Origin: the human T2T-CHM13v2.0 reference genome, Homo sapiens
Direction: 5' to 3' (one strand)
DNA: 64,000 nt
NCBI RefSeq assembly: GCF_009914755.1
Contig: NC_060940.1
Both the position numbers and the translations under genes were made by a program. Below are positions 18,140 through 31,657 of this stretch, one piece after another. Position 1 is the first letter of the stretch, and each line of letters begins with the position of its first letter. Under the pieces are notes generated by a model. It saw only the letters and a program-made list of their open reading frames with translations, had not been told where the DNA came from and did not search any database.

Positions 18140-18522
18140 CCTGCAAAGAGCATCCACAATTCTCTGCCTGGGGATTCTCTCAGCCCAAGTACATGGGACA
18201 GGATGGAAATGTCAAGGAGTTAACAATTCCAGGAACAGTTCTTGACCAATCAAGCATAGACTTTAGTGAATAAATACCTATGTCCTCACTCCTTGGGTGA
18301 GACAACTCTGAGACTTGTTCTACACTGTCTCTCAAATGTCCCCTGCGGGTTTGAGCTCCAATTGTCCACTGCGGTAATCTGCTTATTAATACATCTCATA
18401 TTGGGTAGTATCAATTTTCTGTCTCACTTTCCTACTTCCCAGCCAGAGCTTCCTGGGATTACTTCCAAAATAAACGACGGGTGTTCAAATTCTTGTTTCA
18501 GGACAGAATCCAGCCTAAACAC
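18140..18522 (+). mobile_element. LTR16-like remnant
   Basis: gagacaactctgag...cttcctgggattacttccaaaataaac...cctaaacac. Confidence 0.55.
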
Positions 18523-20479
18523 TGTATCTCACAATGTAAACAAGACAAACAATTTGGACAATTGGATTCACAATAAAATGTTCAATTCACTAACCAAGCC
18601 CTATTCAGGCTTCTTTTAGCCCTCTTCCTTCCATCCCATGGCCATTGCCTCAGTTGGGACCATTCTCATTTATTTTGTTTCTTTTTGGGGATTTTTTTTT
18701 TTTTTTTTTGCCTGCACTTAGTCTCTAACTGATCTCGATGCTTCCAGTAACTCTATCATCTAATCCATCACCCACTTACTGTCAAAGTTATTATCCTAAA
18801 ATGCAGTTCTGGTAATGCTCTCCCCATGTTTTTGTTTTTTAAGCCTTTATGGCACCAATTGCCTCTGTGATTATGTCTTAAATTTTATAACCTGGTATGT
18901 GAGAACTTTCAAAAGCTGGTCCCAATAAACCTTTCAGCCTCATCTCCAATGATTGCTAAATACAGCCAATGTTCTGCCTACATAGAACAAACCAGAATCT
19001 CAAAAGCCCTTTTACCTGTTACCTTTCTGTGTTATTTGAATGAGCTTGCGACCTTTTCTACCAGAAGAACCTGCCTTATCCCTCAAGGTCTAGCCCAATG
19101 TTCCCTCCTCCATGAGAACTTCTCCAACTCTCTGGACCAGTTTTTCAACAGGCTGCCTCTGTGCATATTCTACTATGTACCAATCATGTATTAAGCCCTG
19201 GGAAAACCACGCTGGATAAAAGTAGAAATAGCTCCTGCTCACATGAAGTTCACAGTTGGATAAAGGAAACAGATATTATCAGGTAAACATATAAAAGTTG
19301 GCTACAAAGGGACATAAGTGTCTATAGTCAGGGAGGACACCAATCTGGAGGTTGGAGTGCCTCCCAACAGGAATGGACCCTTGAGGTGAGAACGAAGTAG
19401 GAGTTAACACCAGATAAAGGAGATGGAACACATACCCCAGGCCAAGGGGACAGCAGGTGCAGAACCCTGTGGAAGGAGGGAAAATGGCAATAGTCTTTTT
19501 TTTTTTTTTTTTTTTTTTAAGGAATAGAAGACAAGGGCATTTAAAGCAGTGAGGCACAGGAAGAATGAGGGGAGAGAAGAGGCAGCACTTACATCATTCA
19601 TTGTACCACATTTGTTGACTGTGTCCTTCATGCCTCATGCTCTGAAATTGACCTTTTCCAATATAAGGACCATGTCTCACTGAAATCATGTCCACCCCAG
19701 CACTTCACACAATATAGAAAAAAAAATCAATGTACCCAATTTATAGATGAGTGTGTTGAGGCTCAGGAAGGTTGAATGAGTTGCCCAAGATCTCAAGGCT
19801 GGCAATGGCATAGCAACTATAATAGAATATAGACCTACTTCCTCACCTGCATCTCTTTCCTTAAACTGCCCCTAGGAAAACCACGTCCTTCCCCATTATT
19901 TTATTTCAGAAATTCCAAGTTTTTCTATGAGCTGTTTTTCTCAAAGAGCCTGATAACAAAACAAAACGCCAGTTACTACTCTGTGTATGTGCATGCATGT
20001 TGGGGAGCGGGTACACATTGGTCTTCCGGGGATCAGAACACGAACAGGATCCTTTCTGGTACAGGATTCTTGTCTGAAGCCTCTTTAATAGCCCGAAATG
20101 GTGTGGGTGGTGAGAATTCGCCGTCGTAAGGAAGCCCCTGGTGATACCCAGCAAAGAGCATCCCGGCTGACCCTGCAGGTCTGGAGTGAAAAGACCCTGC
20201 ACTGGACTCTTCAGGGCAGTGAGCGGGATCTCTAGTTCCCTGCTTCCCAAACCTCTCCGCCCTTCCACCCAAAACTGGCTGTTTGAGAAACGACCCAATT
20301 TCCCGACTATCCCGCCCAGCCTCGAAGATGGGAGGGAGAGAGGGCAACCTTGTCGCGGTAAGGCATCCTCCAGGCCCAGACATTAGTCTCGGTCCATTTC
20401 AAGGCACCCGAGCCTGTGCCGTATATAACCAAGTACTGGGCCCACAGGAAGGGGGATGACAGGGTGGTCTCTCTAGGCT

Positions 20480-21360
20480 CGTTTTAGTCACAGATCTTCG
20501 GCAAATTTGGGTTTAGGGCCGCGATCCCGACCCTAACTTGGGACTATTTCAGGAACTGGAGTTGAGGCTTCGTTGGGACAGGAAAGAAGGGTGGGGCGGG
20601 GGTGAAGCGCTTAGGGCACGGCTCTTGTGAGGATTACGGCGGAGGCTGTGGACCGCGGCGGCGCTCGCAGAGGCTGCAGCCATTGCACAGCCGAGCATCC
20701 CACATTCAACAGGAGGAACCCGCGGGAGAGGAGCCCCACTCCCCCAGCGCCGCAGCCACCGCAGCCACCGCAGCCCGTGCGCCCCGCGCCCTCGAGCGCC
20801 ATGGCCAAGGAAGGCGTGGAGAAGGCGGAGGAGACGGAGCAAATGATCGAGAAGGAGGCAGGCAAGGAGCCGGCGGAGGGCGGCGGCGGCGACGGCTCGC
20901 ACCGCCTCGGGGACGCCCAGGAGATGCGCGCGGTGGTGCTGGCTGGCTTCGGGGGGCTCAACAAGCTGCGGCTCTTCAGGAAGGCCATGCCCGAGCCTCA
21001 GGACGGCGAGCTCAAGATCCGCGTCAAAGCCTGGTCCAGTATCCGCGCCTTTCTCGCTTTCTCTCTTTTTGCGCGCTGGGCGCTGGGGAGGGGGTGGGAA
21101 AGCTGCGGCTGGGATGCTGCCCGGGTAGAACCGCCGCGCGCACCCCCTCCGCGCCCTCACCCGGGTCTCAGAGCCTCCCCGGGCCAAAGCTGGGGAGGAT
21201 GCAGAGGGGCGGCCTCCCCAAGCCAGATCTAGGGGTGACGGGAGGAGAATGTGAGCTCCTGGGCGCGGGGAGAATGCTGGCGCCCAGGCACCCCGGGTCT
21301 GGAAGATTGCGCTACGGGAGTTCTCCGTCTGAGAGGACAACTCAGCTTTCGCACGGGAGG
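20480..21360 (+). promoter_or_regulatory. VAT1L: CpG-island promoter / 5'UTR / exon 1 of VAT1L
   Basis: Very GC- and CpG-rich against CpG-depleted flanks; GC box GGGGCGGGG near 20594; no obvious TATA; 9-bp repeat GCAGCCACC in the 5'UTR (~20752-20775). Confidence 0.85.
20801..21033 (+). CDS. VAT1L: VAT1L coding exon 1 (aa 1-77 plus 2 nt of the Cys78 codon)
   Basis: Strong Kozak gcgccATGG at 20801; translates MAKEGVEKAEETEQMIEKEAGKEPAEGGGGDGSHRLGDAQEMRAVVLAGFGGLNKLRLFRKAMPEPQDGELKIRVKA, recognised as the VAT1L N-terminus; donor CTG|GTCCAG; TG plus T of exon 2 restores TGT and the KACGLNF motif. Confidence 0.95.
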
Positions 21361-21399
21361 GTTGATGCTTAACAGAATTAAAAATATATGTATTAAGAA

Positions 21400-21630
21400 C
21401 CGCAAGCCCACTGTGTGCCAGCCGCCGTTGGTAGTTTTACACGTGCGATCTTATTTAATACTTCCTGGGACCTAATGAGTCAGGTGCCATCATGATCCGT
21501 TTACAGGTAAGAAAGCCGCCGCTCAGCGAGAATGAGTGATTTGCCCAAGATCAGTCAGCTGCCACTAAGTGGCTTGGCCGGGAATTTGATACATGATCTT
21601 TTTTCACCTCTATGCTGTTGTCCTGAAGGG
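21400..21630 (-). mobile_element. MIR
   Basis: tttacaggtaagaaagccgccgctcagcgagaatgagtgatttgcccaagatca matches the MIR core. Confidence 0.6.
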
Positions 21631-24600
21631 CCTGGGACAGGGTGCAGGGCTGGATCCCGCCTCCTGCCCACTTCCTTCCCCGTAGCCTGACGGGGAAAGG
21701 AACTAGGAAGGAAGAGGGTCGGTACCTTGCACCCAAGCTTGGTGAGGGTGGAGACCAGGGCTGCAGCGCAACCCCCTCCATGCCCCTCTCCATCCTCTGT
21801 TTCTCCGAGAGGGGAAAAAACCCTGATCAGTCTCCCCGGAATTCCTGGTCCCATCTCAGAAGGAGCTCAGCTCTCTAAGCTGCCCTCTATTCCCCATTCC
21901 CCCTGGGGGAACTTCTCCAGGCCCTCACGCTCAGCTGAAATTCCCGGGGAGAGTTTAAGCCTCTCTGTGTGCGGGCACTGTAATTTCCCTGAAGTTCTGG
22001 GAAGAGCTTACCCAGCAGAGGCGGACTGGACCCAACACTAGGTTTGCATGTTAAACTTGTAAGGGGAACTTGCTATTAATCACGGTGAGACGAGCCTATT
22101 CCTTCCCATCTGTTTTCTAGAGCCCCCCAGTACATACTGCTCTCCAAAGCAGCAGCCAGCTCACGAGCTTCTAGGTTAGATCAGAAACCCAATATCTGGA
22201 CCTCTCTAGAGGCACGAGAAATACAAACGAGGGTCCCCTCCCGTTCACCACCTTGAGAACAGACGCAGGTTTCATCGGCCAGATTAGAAAGCAGCTAGTG
22301 GGAGAAGCAGCCGCTGATCCCTGCCTTGCTGCTCATATATGCAGCTGGTCAGGTTTGACTCTGAACACGACTCGTGAGTCTCTGTGGGGAATTCAGGGTA
22401 AGGGAAGAGGCTTTTGCAAACCGGGGGATCCTGTACAATAAACTCTTATTGAACCAAGTTGTTTGATCCCAGAAGGAGAGCTTATATCTGCCCTTTCGCA
22501 GCTAAATCCCCAAAGACCAGCCCACTCCCCCACCCCACACTGTTTGGCCCACTGCACATCCTAAATAAGTTATCGCTGAATGAATGGATTGAGGAAAGAG
22601 CTCGGAGGAGGATTGTTGGGTCATTATTTTTCTTTACTTGCTGGTGGAAGAGCTTTTGCTTAGTACAATTAAAACCATGCATTTAGAACTCTCCTTCCTT
22701 AACCACTTCATCAAAAAAAATTACCTGTATACACACACCTATGCATATATGTGCATATACATATATACAATTATATATACAGTTGCATATGTATGCGTAT
22801 GTAATTTATGACCCTTCATCCAAATTGAGGATGGGATTCTAGGATTCTAGAGTACATATTCAGAGAGGGAAAATGATAAAACTACTTTTTAAAGGAAAGA
22901 GCATCATCTGCAGTACACATAGTTCTGTGTTTTCCAGTCTTATGTTAACTGCATAATTGCTGATAGGAACTGAAGCATTTTGAAATAATAAATGTCAAGA
23001 TGAAGGCCAAGAGATTGATTTTCAAAGCCAGATGTGAAAGCCTGTTCTTCAGTGGCGCTACACACACACACACAGAAATCACTGCACTTCCCCGACCCTA
23101 GTTGTTCAGAAAGCCAACCAGGCTGCAGGTACATTTGGAATACAGTGTTGCAAACAGCCCAGATTGATTTTCCTTTCACCAAGCTGGAAGCAGAGTTAAT
23201 GGTTTTACAAGGAAGGATTGTAATAGGCTTGTAAATGGCCCACTGGGCAGCTCCTTCTCCTCTGGGCTGGGATTGGCTGGCCAGACATGATCATTGATTA
23301 TAAGTTTTAGCCTTGGGATACAGGATGACTCATTCTGTATTTTTATGAATCAGCCGATGGCTTCCTGGATGATGGTCTCCCTTTTATCTGCTCTCTATTT
23401 TTAATAGAAACCTTTTTGTCATAATGGGATATGCTTTTTGCTTGGAATAAAGCATAGTCCATTTGAACCAGTATTAGACAGACCTGGAATGACGTTCCAA
23501 GTTGGCTATGAATTTTATGAAAATGGAAGAGATGAGGCAGGAAGAAATATCCATTTTATATCATGGACCCTTTTTCATTAATGCGCCAGTGAGATGGGTA
23601 TTTTTCCTACAGAACAGAAGAGCAAATTGAGGCTTGGAAACATTGAGTAATTTGCCAAAAACATCAAACAATAGTAGACTTAGGATTTGAATCTAATTCT
23701 CCTTATATTTTTGCTATTTTCCTTTTATTCCATTTTTGTCTCCCTTGGTGGAAAAGCCTTAGCACATGTGATTCCCCTCTTAGCATGCAGTCTCACTTTC
23801 TTTCCTTTCTCCACCGAAGATGGTTCCTTTGCTCTTTTTGTGTCTGGCTTAAGAGAATATTCTCTAGCTATTTCCAAAGTAGTATGGCTTTCTCCAGAAA
23901 GTAGAGACATTTTGGTCAAATGCAGCTCAAAAAGAACTGTTGCTGGGGTCAGGGTTGGAATGATAGCAGAGTCTTCTGTCTAAATTGTTTTTTAAAATGT
24001 CAGTTTTGATGGCAGATGGATTTCACCAATTATTCATGGAATACTTTACGCAACAAGAGGTTTAAGTGACCAGGTGGAAAAAGCATGTGGCCCTTGAAGA
24101 GAGAGGGACTTGAATATAAGCTTAAGCCTCATCTCTTCCTATCCATATGCCCCTGGGGGATGTGTCTCAGTGTCTCCAAACTTCCCATACATTATCTGCA
24201 AAGTGGGGATAATAAAATGAACTTCATGGTATTGTTGAAAGGATCAGATGCAAGAAAGACACTGCCGCGTTGTCAGCATTCAATAAGTAGGATTCATTGT
24301 GACTGTCGTTGTTGCCATATCTAAACCAATGTGATATATGCTGCTTGGTGACCTACAACTTGGAGGCCATCATTTTAATCATGTATATAATATAGGCAAT
24401 ATCATGTCACATCTGCTTAGTGATTAAGAGAGCTTCCTAGACATGAGTCCCAGCTCTGATACTTGCTAACTGGATGTCTTAGGTCTGGCTCCTTGGAGGC
24501 AGAACCTGACGCAGGGATCCTTTTTCAGGTGGTTTATTGAAAGTGTGCTTTTAGAACTATGGGAGCAAGGGAAGCAGGCTAGGGAAGAGGAAGGAGTTAA

Positions 24601-25032
24601 GCAAAGATGTGGTCTTAGCTGGATCCCACTGCAGAGTCAGTCTCACCTTGAAGCAAGGAACAGAGGGAGCCTTGTGTGTCATTGGCTGTGAGCTACTTTC
24701 TAAGTGGGGACATTGAGCCTCTCAAGCAGAAGTGGCTTCTATCTGACTGAGCAAAATTCTCTAGGGAAAGGGATGACTCTGAGGCTTGAGCATCCAACAC
24801 TTCCAGCAGTTTGGGGATGGGCACCTGCCCATAGACAGGATCTGGGTGAGGTACAAACCACGCCTTCTGGTTGGCCTTGGCCATGTTGTTGTTAAAAACA
24901 TGTTAACAAACTTCTGTTTCCCGGACTATAAAATAGAGCATCCATTTTATAATAGCATCCCCCTTCATAGTATTGTAATGAAGCTTAAATGACATGCCAT
25001 ATACAAAGACCTTTATAAGGATGCCTGGTGCT

Positions 25033-25255
25033 TAGCAAGCAGTCAAAAAATGATAACCATTATTATCTAAACTTTTACTTTTGGTTGCCGTATAAACTTT
25101 AGTTTATTATTCAAACTGGAACTCTTGTATTTTGAGACAGGCATAGCAAGTAGTCAAAAAATGGTAACCATTATTATGTAAACTTTTACTTTTGGTTGCC
25201 ATAGATACTTATATAGTTTATTATTCAAACTGGAACTCTTATATTTTGAGACAGG
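25033..25255 (+). repeat. Tandem duplication, ~111-bp unit x2
   Basis: tagcaagYagtcaaaaaatgRtaaccattattat...tttgagacagg at 25033-25141 and 25144-25255. Confidence 0.92.
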
Positions 25256-25453
25256 GTCTTGCTCTGTCACCCAAGGTGAAGTGCAGTGGTGTGATCATGG
25301 TTCACTGCCACCTTGATCTCCCTGGCTCAAGTGATCCTCCTGCCTTGACTTCCTGCATAGCTGGGACCACAGGCATGTGCCACCGTGCCCAGCTAATTTT
25401 TTTTTAATTTATTTTTTGTCGAGACAGAGTCTATGTTGCTCAGGCTGGTTTCA
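25243..25453 (-). mobile_element. 5'-truncated AluJ
   Basis: TSD-like caaactggaactctt/caaactgaacctctt. Confidence 0.85.
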
Positions 25454-27867
25454 AACAAACTGAACCTCTTCTGAAAGCAAAAGGGGCACTATTTATAATT
25501 ACTCCTACATAGGAGAAGCTACAATCATAAACTGGAACTGTCTTAGGCAAACCAAGGTGTATGGTTCGCCCCTAACTGATACAAGTCAGAACTGTGCCTT
25601 TGCTGCTATCAGTCTTGTCACAGTTGAGTGTCTCTTAGACCGGGGCTGCTAGGATTTTAGGCTGGCAGAGGGTCTCCAGGTTGGGCTGCAGGAATGTATT
25701 TAAGTGGCCATTAACAAACCTTGTCTGGTTTGTGGTTCAAATTGGCTTGCAGTAGAAGGGCACTAATGGATTAGGGACATTTATTTTCCCAGAGTGATTT
25801 ACACCAAGAGGCTACATGAAACTGCTGGAAAGACACCAAGTGGATGAAAAATGGTTCCAGCCAGTCATGGTTCCATTGGCTGATCTGAAAATGGGCTGAG
25901 GGCAGGCCACATCAGAAGAAAGCTACCAGATTGGTGGAATTCTAATATGTCACGAGGGTATAGTAAATTGGAGATAGGGAAGGAACAAACATGTATTGAT
26001 CAGTGGTTATGAGCCAGGAACTGAGTTGGCTGCAATACACTCTTTGTTTCATTTCATCCTAATGACAACTCAACAAAATCAGTATTGCCATCTCCAGTTA
26101 AAGATGAGGAAACTGATATTCACAGACACATCAGGATCACAGACTGCTAAGTGGAAGAGCCATGTGAACACCCAAGTGTGCCTAAAACCCAAATGGCTCT
26201 TTACATTTTGGAGAATCAGACAGACACAGTGACAAAGACATAAAAGAGAAAGAGACAGAGAGACACACACACAAATCATGAGAGATCAAGAGACACAGAG
26301 AGGCAGACGGGCACACAGACAGGAATACAGAGAAAGAGCCATGAATGTATTTGACTGATTTGAAATACAACTGCTAAGATTCAAAATTGCACAGTACTAT
26401 CCTGCCTCCCACCCCAAAACGGCCATTATGTTTATGCACCACATCCATTTCATCTACACTTGTGAGATACAGTATGTGGGATGCTTTGGGGGATCCATCT
26501 AGATGGAGTTACTATGACTGTTGACCCAGAACACCCATGCTGATTAAACACAATCACAATCACCACTCCTTGAACCACTAAAGATATTGGAGTTCCTCCC
26601 TCTGCCTCATTTACCTTGATCAGGCCATTGCTACATTGGCAAACCAAGTATAAGTTATCCCCAAACAACAGAGCATTAAACTGTCACCAGTAAGGTTGAT
26701 GCAATGAAAGGTGGCCAACATGATATTCCCTGTGTTTATTCAAAATAAACAAGTGGCATCCATGAGGTTAAGATGTTTGTAAAACTAAGATGTTGCTCAG
26801 AGGGTTTCTAATGCCAAGCCAGGAGCCACTCTGACATGGAGATTGGAATAATGTGTTCTGAATCACTCTGTATTGGATGGAAGCATCAGGATTTGAGAGG
26901 AAAGGATGACTCCATGCTGAGTCATATTTAAGGCTCATTTGATGATGAGAAAGAACATGGAAGTGCTAGCTCGGGTCATTTTTATTTAATGAAATTTGCA
27001 TTCTCTCATCAACTGAGTCCTTGCTGATGAGGACTGGGGATGGTGACAATATCCGCTCTTTATCCAATAATGAAATGGGCTTCTTGCTTTTCTGGCGATT
27101 TGAAGAGGAAAGGAAACCTAGAATCAGTGATTCTTCTATCTCATGAGAACAAAGAAATAAGTTTTGACCCCATCATTTGAACCCACTGTTTATACTTAGC
27201 ATCTTACCCCCTGAGAATACTTTGATCTATCAGTAGAGAAGCCTTTGTCTTTTCTCTCCATTTTGTGTCCCCTCTCCCTCAATCTGTATCTTCACATACT
27301 TCTGTCTTCCCATTTTTCCATTCTGCTGCTAAAAAATTAATAGCCACCAAAGAATAACCTCACTAATGGAAGCAATAATTGGTAGAATTTACAGTGGGGG
27401 GGGGGGGAAAGATTGAGAAATTAAGATTTGTTTTAATAATATTTTACATGAAATAGGATTCATCCAAGTAGAAATAATTTCAGAAAATAAAAGCGAAGTA
27501 AATGGCAAATAGCTTAACAGCTTATTAACAGCTTAATAACAAATAGCTAAAATGTGCCATTTAGAACATTTTAATTTGCTAAAAACCAACACTGTTGTCA
27601 TACTTCTGATGGCTTGTTTGTAGTAGGTATTTCCTCAGGATTAAACCTTTTGGGGGGTTGAAACTATGGAATTAAAAATAACCTGGGATCAAAAGGAAGA
27701 GCCTGAAGGAAGAGCAGGAATGAAGGTGGATGGGTCAATTCAGAAAAGATTCATTCATTCCACCAAGTTGGTCAACTAGCATTAGTAGGGAATCAGCGCA
27801 GACGGGGAGGAAGCTGCCTATCCTTTGGAAAGTGCTGGGGCTCTGGTTTCAGGCAGACATGGATTAA

Positions 27868-28260
<393 letters not shown>

Positions 28261-28914
28261 TAAGTCTTATTTGCTTTACTTACAAAATGGAGATACAACC
28301 TTATAGAACATTCGACATATACTAGGTTTCCATGAACAGCAGCCAGATCTCAACTATATAGGGACCAGTGAGAAACCAATGTCAGGTAGCTGATGATGGG
28401 CAAAGGGAATGGGGACTGATTATTGCACCCACCCTACCATCCATCTGCAGCATCTTTGCAGTGACAAAGCCTACTATGTACCTCAGCTTTTCATCTGATC
28501 TTCACCACCCCATGGGGTAGGTGTCACTGAAATTATCATCCATGTTTTCTAGGAGAGGAAGCTGGGACTCAGGGATGGAGTGGAAATAGTGAGAAGCTAT
28601 AACCAATTTGGGTTCAGATCCTAACTCTACCTCACTGTGGCTGTGTGATCTTAAGCAAATAGCACTTTCAACTTATCTACTTCTTCACTTTGTTAATGAT
28701 ATGCACTTTTACTTATTGTTACAAAGACTAGCTAAGTGTCTGTAGCAGTCTTGACGGTGCCTTGCACATGGTGGCACTCAATAAAGGTTGTTTCTTCCTA
28801 AATGACTTGGGCTTTTACATACAGAACTAGGACATGAATTGCCATCTCTTGTTTTCTTGCCTAGCGTTCTCACACTAAACTACATTGCCAGCACGGAGTA
28901 GGATGCTGGCTTTT

Positions 28915-29542
<628 letters not shown>

Positions 29543-29660
29543 TAGGATGCTAGCTTTCAAAGCCACCCAACTTCCAGGGTTGGGAATGGATTTGGACTGA
29601 TCTATTGCTGCCCTCCCACCAGCCCCCTGCATCCCCACCCATGGGTTGCTGCAGGGATTT

Positions 29661-29747
29661 CTTTGCTAGCTGGGTGTATATAGACAATCCAGCCTCTGGA
29701 GCTAGCTTTGCTAGCTGGGTGTATATAGACAATCCAGTCTCTGGAGC
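29661..29747 (+). repeat. 45-bp-period tandem duplication
   Basis: ctttgctagctgggtgtatatagacaatccagYctctggagc twice, one mismatch. Confidence 0.95.
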
Positions 29748-30996
29748 ACTCTCATTCAAAGGAGTCAAATCCCATGCTTTGGACACATCACTGACACTCA
29801 ACACTGACAGCAGAGCTCACCCAGGCATGAAGAAATAGTGCCCCGATGACCTCCACGCTCCTGGGACTTCCTTTTCCTAAGAGAGAGCCTTTTGGACATC
29901 TTGGCATTTGTCACAGAAGAAAAAGTGTAATTAGAAGGAAGAAGAGACTCTTCACAGGAAAGGGTGGCGAGCATGTAATCTGAAATTAGTTTGATTCCTC
30001 TGTGTGTGATCTCATACAGAAAATTGGTTGGAGCCATGGTATGAAAATGAGTGAATTTTATGTCTGAAGGCCCAGGAGACAAAATAGATGTTCCAGTTAA
30101 AGAAGCTGTTTTATCTTTGAACATGATATTTTCCTGATGAGAGCATGCCGTCAGCATCTGTCCTCAGTCTCCTGTCACTGACCCCTGAGGTCTCATCCCC
30201 AGAATTTTCCTGGAGCCAGGGACATGCTAAACAATGCTTCACCAAACAGAACCCAAAGCCAAAGCATTGGGTCCTCTCACTCTTGACTTCTCTAAATAAC
30301 TGTGGTCCCCAGAGCCTAATGCAGGATAATTATCTTCTGAGCCAGGGATGACAATGATTCCTTTCTTAACCTGGCACTAGCCATACACCCAAGCCAGATG
30401 AGAGGCAGTAGGCTTCTTGGTTATAAAGTAGTTAATGTGTGAACTAAAACAAGCTTGAATTCAAATCCTAGCTCTAACAATTTTAGCAACCTGTATAACC
30501 TTGGAAAAATGATTAAGTCTTTTGAAACCTCAGTTTGCTCATCTGTAATATGGATGGGGTAAAAGTTTTTGTGTGGGGAAAGAAGAAGATAATGCAGCTA
30601 AAGTGCCTAGCAAGGATGTTGATACATTTCATATTTGTTGAATGAATGAATAAATGAGGTGTGTGTGCCATAGAAGATGTGTTTGATAGATATTAATGGT
30701 GGGGAGGAGGTACAAAGAAATAGGACATTAAAAAGTCCCTCTGTGCTTCATAAAGTTTTCTGAATGGAGTCCCTCATTCAGACTCCACCTGTATCCGCCA
30801 AAGACCACAAAACCCTGACATCAAAAGTAGCTCAAACAGGATATGCCACTGTGTCATGACATATACAAGAAGATCAAGAGGAATTCCTGAAGGGACAAGC
30901 GAGGAAATGGAACCAAAATACACTGTGCTTCTACTGTGTGCTAGAAACTGGACCAAGCTTAGAGATCTTCAGAGGGCGGGAAGGCCACCCCCTTAC

Positions 30997-31240
30997 TCCC
31001 TCCCCTCTCTCGTTATTTCAGCCCTGCTGGCCATCATGATGAGTTTGTCCCTGGGATTCTAGGCTTTCTCCTCTCCTTCCCCTTCCATCTTTCATCCTCT
31101 CTCCTCATAAGTTAGCTTCATGTACTCCTGCTGCAATGAGCTTCCTTCCCGAGGCTGGAAAAGGTGGTGGTCATTAGCTGCAGCTGCCGTGTGAAAATTT
31201 AGCGAGCCCCAGTGCAAAGAGAACTTTTTTCTCCCAGTTT
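30997..31240 (+). repeat. Dispersed direct repeat A, copy 1
   Basis: Colinear with 36690-36939, including a 37-nt identical block. Confidence 0.92.
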
Positions 31241-31299
31241 TTATGTATTAAGGAAGGACTTTGATTGGTCCTTTGCAAATCACATACCAGCCCCTGGAG

Positions 31300-31514
31300 A
31301 TCTCTCTCCCTCTCTTCCTCTCCCGGTCCTCCTCCTCCTCTCCTTGTCTCTCCCTCTCTCTCTCCCTCCCTCCCCTCCCCTCCTTCTTCTCTCTCCCTCT
31401 TTCTCTGTCTCTCTCCTTCCCTTCTTTTCCCTCCGTCTTTCCCCTTTTCTCCCTCCCACTTTCTCCATCTCTTTTCCTCTCCACTGCCTCCCTCTCTCTC
31501 CTCTTTCTCTCTCT
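31300..31514 (+). repeat. CT-rich polypyrimidine tract
   Basis: Direct reading; no AG dinucleotide between 31300 and 31520. Confidence 0.95.
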
Positions 31515-31622
31515 GGCTTAAGAAAATGAGGAGCTGTGATTGACCACACCTGTGCCTCATGCTCTCTTACCTTGGTCTAAAAGAAGGTAAGCATCATGTC
31601 TGACAGCCCCACTGGAATACAT

Positions 31623-31623
<1 letters not shown>

Positions 31624-31656
<33 letters not shown>
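31624..31656 (+). repeat. (GT)16 microsatellite
   Basis: Direct reading. Confidence 0.97.

Positions 31657-31657
<1 letters not shown>

Noticed and set aside
21039-21047. GTATCC U12-like donor 5 nt downstream of the exon-1 donor, plus a TCCTTTCAC branch-like motif near 48824
   Set aside because: GTATCCGC lacks the TT of the U12 consensus, and its use would frameshift exon 2
20549-21372. Long overlapping ORFs (263 aa minus strand, 256 aa plus strand)
   Set aside because: Shadow ORFs of the GC-rich CpG island and exon 1; no recognisable protein features
31030-31160. ATGATGA box-C motif in both copies of repeat A (possible snoRNA)
   Set aside because: No appropriately placed CTGA box D or terminal stem in either copy
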